Below, in pieces: positions 57,813-64,000 of a stretch of DNA of 64,000 nucleotides (its first letter is position 1; every line of letters begins with the position of its first letter). The notes under the pieces are model-generated. The model was not told where the DNA came from, ran no database searches, and worked only from the letters and a program-made list of their open reading frames with translations. The translations under genes were made by a program, and so were the position numbers. This DNA is from an uncultured virus (IMG/VR IMGVR_UViG_3300025840_000014) (taxonomy: Duplodnaviria > Heunggongvirae > Uroviricota > Caudoviricetes), in the IMG/VR virus record IMGVR_UViG_3300025840_000014; one strand, given 5' to 3'.

Positions 57813-59120
57813 ATGGACTCGAAATGGGACAACGTCCTTAAATATTTAGAACCAAAAGAATCGCTTTTCTGCCCAGAGACGGCGTCTCTCACGCAGAAGG
57901 TTTTTTTGCGGACCTACGCTTTGGAAGCACTTTTCGGTGGAGCGGCTGGCGGAGGTAAATCTTCAGCGTTGCTGATGTCCGCGTTGCAATACGTCGATGT
58001 CCCCGGGTACAGCGCAATCCTGTTCAGGCGTACCTATGCCGACCTTGCGCTCCCCGGAGCGATCATGGACCGCTTTCAATCATGGATGGCATCAGAGGAA
58101 GACGTTCGGTGGAACGCGAATAACTACACGGCGGTTTTTCCGTCTGGGGCCCGCATATCCTTCGGTTACTTGAATAACCAACAGGACTACCTCCGCTACA
58201 AGGGTGCTGAATTCCAGTTCATCGGGATGGATGAGGTGACGGAAATTCGAGAATCCGATTATCGGTACATGTTCTCTCGTTTGCGTCGTCCATCCAGCGG
58301 CCCGCTTGCGAAAGTCCCATTGCGGATGCGATGCGCGTCCAACCCGGCACCCAACTGGGTTCGCCAGCGGTTCATCGTCGAGGGACGGGAGACAGGACGA
58401 ATTTTTGTTCCATCGAAACTTACTGACAACCCGGGTATCGATGCCGCGTCGTACCGACAGACCCTTCAGGCGTTGGACCCGGTTGAGCGTCGTCGTCTCG
58501 AAGAAGGCGACTGGTGGTCAACGACTCTGGGGTCTTTGTTTGACCGCGAATCGTTCATTCTGTTAGATCAAAACGAAATCCCTGAGATTTCCTCGGCTGC
58601 GAGAGCGGTTCGTTTTTGGGACTTGGCTGCGACTGAACCTTCTCAGTCAAACCCGGATCCTGACTGGACGGTCGGAACCCTCATGCTTTTCGATCGCGGT
58701 ATCGCCTACATCTTGGACGTCAAACGGGCGCGGGTGAGGGGCGAGAAGGTTGAGCAACTTGTTGCGCAGACCGCGTACGAGGACGGGCATCACGTTGCGA
58801 TTCGCATGGAGCAGGAACCCGGCTCATCTGGTAAAGCGCTTGTCGATCAGTATGCGCGATATGTCGTACCCGGTTACGATTTTGTCGGTAATAGGGCTAC
58901 TGGTGATAAGGTCACGAGGGCTCGTCCGTTCGCGGCGGCGGTCGCTAATGGCAACGTTCGTGTGGTCCGTGGGCCATGGTTAACGGAATGGCTTGACGAG
59001 TTTGCGTCGTTTCCGGAAGCGGCTCCGCACGACGACCAAGTCGACTCAGCCGTTGGCGCATTTACACATCTTGCGGGTTTGGGGTTGCCACAGCGCAAGC
59101 AGGTCGCTATCATCGTCTGA
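57813..59120 (+). CDS. terL: terminase large subunit
   Basis: FGGAAGGGKS, IGMDE, ASNP, RFWDLAAT, EQEPGSSGK, HDDQVDS. Confidence 0.93.
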   Translation: MDSKWDNVLKYLEPKESLFCPETASLTQKVFLRTYALEALFGGAAGGGKSSALLMSALQYVDVPGYSAILFRRTYADLALPGAIMDRFQSWMASEEDVRWNANNYTAVFPSGARISFGYLNNQQDYLRYKGAEFQFIGMDEVTEIRESDYRYMFSRLRRPSSGPLAKVPLRMRCASNPAPNWVRQRFIVEGRETGRIFVPSKLTDNPGIDAASYRQTLQALDPVERRRLEEGDWWSTTLGSLFDRESFILLDQNEIPEISSAARAVRFWDLAATEPSQSNPDPDWTVGTLMLFDRGIAYILDVKRARVRGEKVEQLVAQTAYEDGHHVAIRMEQEPGSSGKALVDQYARYVVPGYDFVGNRATGDKVTRARPFAAAVANGNVRVVRGPWLTEWLDEFASFPEAAPHDDQVDSAVGAFTHLAGLGLPQRKQVAIIV

Positions 59121-59160
59121 GTAACTAACCAACCCTCTTACTAACACGAGGTACAACTAC

Positions 59161-59655
59161 ATGAATATCGATGAGATCAAGACGCTTCGTCGTTTGATCG
59201 CAGCACTCGATGAACGTTTGGCTGAATGGCTTGACGGCGAGGTAGCGATCGAAGATGCAGCCGACATGATGCTGGAACTCAATCTCGCCAAGCGCGATCT
59301 GGGGTTCCTCTACGGAACAATCGAAGCGAAGATGAGCCACCTCATGAAGGACGGATCCGACATCCTCGCCCTTCGTGACGGAGCCGAAATGGAACGCAAA
59401 GTCGCTTCCAGTCGGACCAAGTGGCGTCACGCTGAACTCGCCAACGATGTCGTCGATCGCGTCATCCAATCGTCCGTCGACATGGACACCGGCGAAGTCG
59501 TGCTCGACGCCAAAGGCGTCGCCATGAAGATCATGGACTACGTCCAGCCGTCCTACTGGAGGGCGACAAAGTTGAACGAGATCGGGATCAACCCCGACAA
59601 TTACTGCGAGTCAGAATTGAAAACCAGCATCATCGTCAGAAAGGGCAACGCCTGA
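59161..59655 (+). CDS. hypothetical phage protein
   Basis: 164 aa ORF with DMDTGEV; GAGG RBS. Confidence 0.7.
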   Translation: MNIDEIKTLRRLIAALDERLAEWLDGEVAIEDAADMMLELNLAKRDLGFLYGTIEAKMSHLMKDGSDILALRDGAEMERKVASSRTKWRHAELANDVVDRVIQSSVDMDTGEVVLDAKGVAMKIMDYVQPSYWRATKLNEIGINPDNYCESELKTSIIVRKGNA

Positions 59656-60299
59656 TGGACCTGCAAGCACTTTACGAACCCTTCTCTCGCGAGGTCGAAA
59701 AAACCTTGAAGAAGGGTGGAGCATCCCTAACGTACATCCCTGTCAGCGAAGTCATCACTCGCATGAACAAGGTGTTCGGCGTCGGAGGCTGGAGCAGCCA
59801 AATCATGGCTTGCGCCCGAGACCAACTGGACCCCGACTTCATCGTCGCCCACGTCCGGATCGAAACCACCATTGACGGCACGATGGTGTGGAAGGACGGC
59901 ATCGGCGGTCAGAAAATCAAACGCACCAAGAACGGCGACATCGTTGACCTTGGCGACGAATTCAAGGGGGCTGTCTCCGACGCCCTGAAGAAAGCCGCGC
60001 AACAGTTCGGGATCGGCCTATACCTCGCTCGCTCCGAAGAAGCCCTCGCTCTTGACGAGGAGGAAGCCAAGCCGGAGATTAATCCTGAAGTTCTTGATGC
60101 TTGGGAGAGGTTCTTGGGAATCGCCAAATCGTTGGATGACGATCAGAAGACGGAACTCACTTCTGTTTGGAACGAGTTTGCTGATGGCGCTCCCAAGCCC
60201 ACACTGGATACCGCAACGGTCGAAGAACTTGAGTTCTTGATCGGTGAGGCCACTCGAATTTCTTTCGGTGGCGAGTGGGTTGAAGATTCGAATGCCTGA
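59655..60299 (+). CDS. Rad52/Rad22-like single-strand annealing protein
   Basis: LTYIP..EVITRMNKVFG..GWS, KGAVSDALKKAA..FGIGLYL. Confidence 0.85.
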   Translation: MDLQALYEPFSREVEKTLKKGGASLTYIPVSEVITRMNKVFGVGGWSSQIMACARDQLDPDFIVAHVRIETTIDGTMVWKDGIGGQKIKRTKNGDIVDLGDEFKGAVSDALKKAAQQFGIGLYLARSEEALALDEEEAKPEINPEVLDAWERFLGIAKSLDDDQKTELTSVWNEFADGAPKPTLDTATVEELEFLIGEATRISFGGEWVEDSNA

Positions 60300-61065
60300 A
60301 GCCCTAGTTCCGCCACCTCACCTATCCCCCTCCTCGATGGGCACGTTTAATCAGTGCCCTCAAAAATTCAGGTACAGCAAGATCGACCAAATCCCAGACG
60401 AGCCAACTGAGGCAACTCTGATGGGCAACTTCGTCCATGAGGTTTTGGAATATTTTTATGCTTTGCCTCCCGAGGAACGAAGCCTGCAGATGCTGAAAGG
60501 GCTTGCGGCCTCAACTTGGTCAGAAAGTGGATGGCTGGAACGGGTAACGCCATGGGTTCGTGACCCAGACAAGATTCGGATGTTGCGATGGAATTCATGG
60601 TGGTGTTTGGAACACATCTTTGATATCGAAAACCCGAAGTCTGTCGCTGATCCAAAAATTGAGTTGGAGTTGAACGGCGACGTTGCGGGTGTTCGCATAA
60701 AAGGTTTTATCGACCGATTGACATTCGACAGCGACATTGCCACCATCTCCGATTACAAGACCGGTAAAACCCCGCAAAAACGATGGGTAGGCGACAAGTT
60801 CCTACAGTTGAAGATTTACGCAACCGTTGCCCGAGACATCGATCTTTGTGAAACCGAAAATCTCGAACTGCTCTTTCTCAAGGATGGGGTAAAATTTCAG
60901 CACCGCTTCACTGAGGATGACTACAACGAGGCGAGAACATACATACGTACCACGAAAGACGCAATCGACGAGGCTTGCGTTACTCACGAATTTGAAACTC
61001 GCACTTCACGTTTGTGTGATTGGTGCGCGTACAAAAGCATGTGTCCAGCATGGAGGAAAGCATGA
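60292..61065 (+). CDS. PD-(D/E)XK RecB/Cas4-like exonuclease
   Basis: LSPSS...CP, GFIDR, DYKTG, QLKIY, CDWC.Y...C. Confidence 0.88.
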   Translation: MPEALVPPPHLSPSSMGTFNQCPQKFRYSKIDQIPDEPTEATLMGNFVHEVLEYFYALPPEERSLQMLKGLAASTWSESGWLERVTPWVRDPDKIRMLRWNSWWCLEHIFDIENPKSVADPKIELELNGDVAGVRIKGFIDRLTFDSDIATISDYKTGKTPQKRWVGDKFLQLKIYATVARDIDLCETENLELLFLKDGVKFQHRFTEDDYNEARTYIRTTKDAIDEACVTHEFETRTSRLCDWCAYKSMCPAWRKA

Positions 61066-61568
61066 TTACCGACGATGTCTTCGCGCAAATGGTTGCCGAG
61101 GAAGTAAAAAACAAGTTGTCACCGACACAGAAAAAACTCTTGATGCAAGAGGAAAACTGGGATAGGTGGAAGCGTTCGCTGGCCGCACTGCTTGATAATT
61201 TGAGCGATCAGGTTGAGAATATAAAAGCCGACATGGCTTCAGATCAGCGACGATACGCCTCGTTTGGGGAAGATGGCGAAGCGCTGGCTGCCGCCGCGCA
61301 GTCCGCTTACGATGTCCGTCTCAACAAAATCAACCGGTTCAAGTTTTATGTTGAAAATCGCCTCGCTCAGGTTGAGGGGATGATCGAAAATAAGAAACCA
61401 TTAGAAACGACTCCGGACGAGGACATTCAATTTTTACGTCGCGCCATTGTCATGCACGAGAAGTTGATGGAAAAGTTCGACCTTGAGGCGACCTCGATTG
61501 ATCGGGCACTCTGGGCTACGCTTGATAATCGTTGGGAATTCGACGAGGTTGATGCGAGCAATTTGTGA
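61062..61568 (+). CDS. hypothetical coiled-coil protein
   Basis: ATGA-coupled ORF. Confidence 0.7.
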   Translation: MITDDVFAQMVAEEVKNKLSPTQKKLLMQEENWDRWKRSLAALLDNLSDQVENIKADMASDQRRYASFGEDGEALAAAAQSAYDVRLNKINRFKFYVENRLAQVEGMIENKKPLETTPDEDIQFLRRAIVMHEKLMEKFDLEATSIDRALWATLDNRWEFDEVDASNL

Positions 61569-61918
61569 AAAGAGGAAAACCACTTAAGCGCTCACCAATG
61601 AAGCGCGGTGGCCCGCTTAATAAACGCAGCAAGAAGAAAGAGCAAGAGTATGTTGAGAGACGAAAACTTGTTTCTCGGATGCTCGACGAACGTCGATACT
61701 GCGAAGCGTGCCCGGTTTTTGCTCGGCATGACGGGCTAGCCACCTATACGCGAAACGGTAGCGTGGACATTCACGAATTGGTTCGGCGAAGCCAAGGCGG
61801 CTCCATTCTCGAAGAATCAAACTGCATCGCTGTCTGCCGACCGTGCCACACAAGAATAGGCAACTACCCACAACTGGCGTTTGATCTTGGCTTAGCAAAA
61901 CATGGGTGGGAGCGGTGA
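61565..61918 (+). CDS. HNH endonuclease
   Basis: CEAC, DIHE..RRSQGG, N...CRPCH. Confidence 0.8.
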   Translation: MKRGKPLKRSPMKRGGPLNKRSKKKEQEYVERRKLVSRMLDERRYCEACPVFARHDGLATYTRNGSVDIHELVRRSQGGSILEESNCIAVCRPCHTRIGNYPQLAFDLGLAKHGWER

Positions 61919-62415
61919 ACATTCTCGGCATCGACCCTTCGCTAACCTCGACAGGCTTATGTTGGGCCGATGATCAATACACTGCCATTTCCTCTAAAGG
62001 AAAAGGCATCCCACGTCTCATTGATTTACGAAACTGGGTCATGGACGCTGTGTATGAAAACAAAATCGACTTTGTGTGCATCGAGTCATATTCGTTTTCT
62101 TCGCGGAACTCTCATGCGCATTCTCTCGGTGAACTCGGCGGTGTGATCCGTGTGGCTCTATACGAAACAAACATACCTTGGGCGGATATCCCGCCTACAT
62201 CAAGAAGCAAGTTTGCCACCGGCAAAGGTAATGCTTCTAAAAACGAAGTAGTGAGTTCAATATCTGCGAGAACCGGCATCGTGTGGTCTGGCAAAGGTGC
62301 CGATGACATGTGTGACGCATGGGTTCTACGCCAGATGGGACTTAGCCATTTCGGTGAAAGCAACATTAATTGGCCTGAATCACATTTGGCCGCCCTAGAC
62401 AAAATTGAGTGGTGA
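61915..62415 (+). CDS. ruvC: RuvC-like Holliday junction resolvase
   Basis: GIDPSLTSTG, IESY, KFATGKGNASK, DMCDA. Confidence 0.85.
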   Translation: MNILGIDPSLTSTGLCWADDQYTAISSKGKGIPRLIDLRNWVMDAVYENKIDFVCIESYSFSSRNSHAHSLGELGGVIRVALYETNIPWADIPPTSRSKFATGKGNASKNEVVSSISARTGIVWSGKGADDMCDAWVLRQMGLSHFGESNINWPESHLAALDKIEW

Positions 62416-62416
62416 C

Positions 62417-62764
62417 ATGAACCGTAGGAACAGCCCGATCAGCCAAATCGAGATCGAGAATAACTTGCTTGAGTTGATCGACGATTTGGAAGAAGAAACT
62501 GAGGCATTTGAAATACTTGCCGAAGATCTCGCAAAGAAAGAGGCTATTCATAAATCATCTTGGGCGAAAGAATACTTGAGCGCCAAGGGGTCAATTAAGG
62601 AACGCGAGTCATGGGCCGATTACAAAATGGCTGACTCGCAGTACGACTTCAAGATCGCCGAAGCCCTGCTCAAAGCAAAACGAGAAAAACTTCTTTCCTT
62701 GCGGACGTCTATCGACGCGCTGCGTACTCTCAATGCTAACGTCCGGGCACAGGTGCAACCATGA
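62417..62764 (+). CDS. hypothetical coiled-coil protein
   Basis: Helical ORF within the operon. Confidence 0.7.
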   Translation: MNRRNSPISQIEIENNLLELIDDLEEETEAFEILAEDLAKKEAIHKSSWAKEYLSAKGSIKERESWADYKMADSQYDFKIAEALLKAKREKLLSLRTSIDALRTLNANVRAQVQP

Positions 62765-63540
62765 GTAACATTCACGAAAATCTGTCCGACCTTCTTGTTG
62801 ACCTCGATGACCTCGTTCCGCTGGATGGCAATCCGCGCAAAGGGAACATCGACGCTATTGCGGCTTCATACCGGGAGTTTGGGCAAGTCAAGCCAATTGT
62901 TGTTCGAGCAAATGACGATGGCTCGATGACAGTCATCGCTGGAAACCACCAAGTAGAGGCGGCGCGCCGTCTTGGTTGGACGCAGATTGCTGCTGTCAAA
63001 ATGGATGGGGACATGTCGAAGGCCGTTGCCTTCGCGCTTGCGGATAACCGGACTACTGAACTCGGACAAAGCGATTCCGGCGCCGTCTATGATCTCATGC
63101 AGACCATCAACGAGGATTTTTCAAATCTTTTTGATGGTTTGGGATGGGACGAGTTTGAGATCGCCACCTACGAGGAGGCATCGTTCGGCAATAATGCGAA
63201 CAGTGATTCCGTCGGTTCGTCTTCGTACCTTCCCCCGACTATTCAAGACACACCTTTGCCGGAGTTTAAGCCGACGGTTCAAGAGGGAGAGGACGGCGAA
63301 CGTCGAATTGTCGCTGGTAGCGAAGTTGACCACAAGCAGGTAGCAATTCAGGGCAGCGGCGTCACCGGTCAAGGTGCGGCTCCCCAAGCGGTTGTCCAGT
63401 ACACGCTCGTTTTCGATGACCCGGAACAGCAACGCAGATGGTATGACTTCATCCGCTGGTTGCGCAACGATGCTGGTTACGACGGCGCGACAACGGCGGA
63501 AAAGATTATGTCGTTTATCGACGCACATTCGGAGGTCTAG
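62761..63540 (+). CDS. ParB-like N-terminal domain protein
   Basis: NPRKG...I..S..EFGQ.KPIVV, IAGNH, ALADNRT. Confidence 0.85.
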   Translation: MSNIHENLSDLLVDLDDLVPLDGNPRKGNIDAIAASYREFGQVKPIVVRANDDGSMTVIAGNHQVEAARRLGWTQIAAVKMDGDMSKAVAFALADNRTTELGQSDSGAVYDLMQTINEDFSNLFDGLGWDEFEIATYEEASFGNNANSDSVGSSSYLPPTIQDTPLPEFKPTVQEGEDGERRIVAGSEVDHKQVAIQGSGVTGQGAAPQAVVQYTLVFDDPEQQRRWYDFIRWLRNDAGYDGATTAEKIMSFIDAHSEV

Positions 63541-63541
63541 A

Positions 63542-64000
63542 GTGATTCACGAACATGGATTTGTTCGGCTAGATGGCGCTATGGCGGACGATCTGTCGGT
63601 TGTCAACTCTGCCCGCGTTTCTTTCGGCAACAAAGTTGAAACGATGAGCAAGGCAGATGAAGGTCTGATCAACTTCTTGATGCGAGAGCGTCACGGTACG
63701 CCTTTCGAACACAACTCGTTCCGCTTCCACGTCAAGTGCCCGATTTTCGTGGCGCGCGAGTGGTTCCGGCATCGGATCGGTTCCTTCAACGAATTGTCGG
63801 GCCGTTATACCCGTCTTGAAAATGAAGGGTATGTCCCACGGGGTGAGTACGTCAGGGAGCAAGTTGGCAAGCCCGGCAACTACACCTTCACGCCTGTTGA
63901 CGGTGAATTGGCTGACGAGATAAGTCAAACGATTTGGGCTGCGGAGAGACACGCCTTCGGAACGTATAACTATCTTTTGGAGCGAGGCGTTGCCCGCGAG
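63542..64000 (+). CDS. thyX: FAD-dependent thymidylate synthase (partial)
   Basis: Manual translation: GFVRL...VVNSARVS, HGTPFEH, PIFVAREWFRHRIGSFNELSGRY; runs off the window. Confidence 0.92.
   Translation, partial: MIHEHGFVRLDGAMADDLSVVNSARVSFGNKVETMSKADEGLINFLMRERHGTPFEHNSFRFHVKCPIFVAREWFRHRIGSFNELSGRYTRLENEGYVPRGEYVREQVGKPGNYTFTPVDGELADEISQTIWAAERHAFGTYNYLLERGVARE

Noticed and set aside
60292..61065. Cas4 as evidence of a CRISPR system
   Set aside because: No repeat-spacer array or other cas genes seen; this is an ordinary phage nuclease beside a recombinase
63569..63952. 127-aa minus-strand ORF
   Set aside because: Antisense to thyX

Overview
This window is a 64 kb segment of a large tailed-phage genome with an HK97-fold capsid. 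An actinobacterial host is inferred from a WhiB gene and many leaderless-type TANNNT boxes. Left part (1-27 kb): SNF2 helicase, DUF932, SLT transglycosylase, SSB, macro domain, primase-helicase, WhiB, five Fe(II)/2OG oxygenases, class II RNR, and a carbamoyltransferase-P450-3x SGNH-like cluster. Around 10.7 kb the strand composition flips abruptly (A+C-rich left, extremely G+T-rich right) across a GC hairpin. Middle (27-58 kb, minus strand): a portal-protease-capsid module interrupted by about 22 kb of giant modular proteins. These share a DPNA-DGDxDG tag, recurrent GGMRS linkers and Lys-based putative cleavage sites, and carry toxin-like domains (ART-like, HExxH, zeta-like kinase). Three of them are each followed by a small ORF. 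This is the best candidate for an undescribed system: capsid-loaded, protease-processed polyprotein cargo. Right part (58-64 kb, plus strand): TerL, Rad52-like recombinase, PD-(D/E)XK nuclease, HNH, RuvC, ParB-like protein and a partial ThyX. All family calls come from motif recognition by eye; no searches were run.
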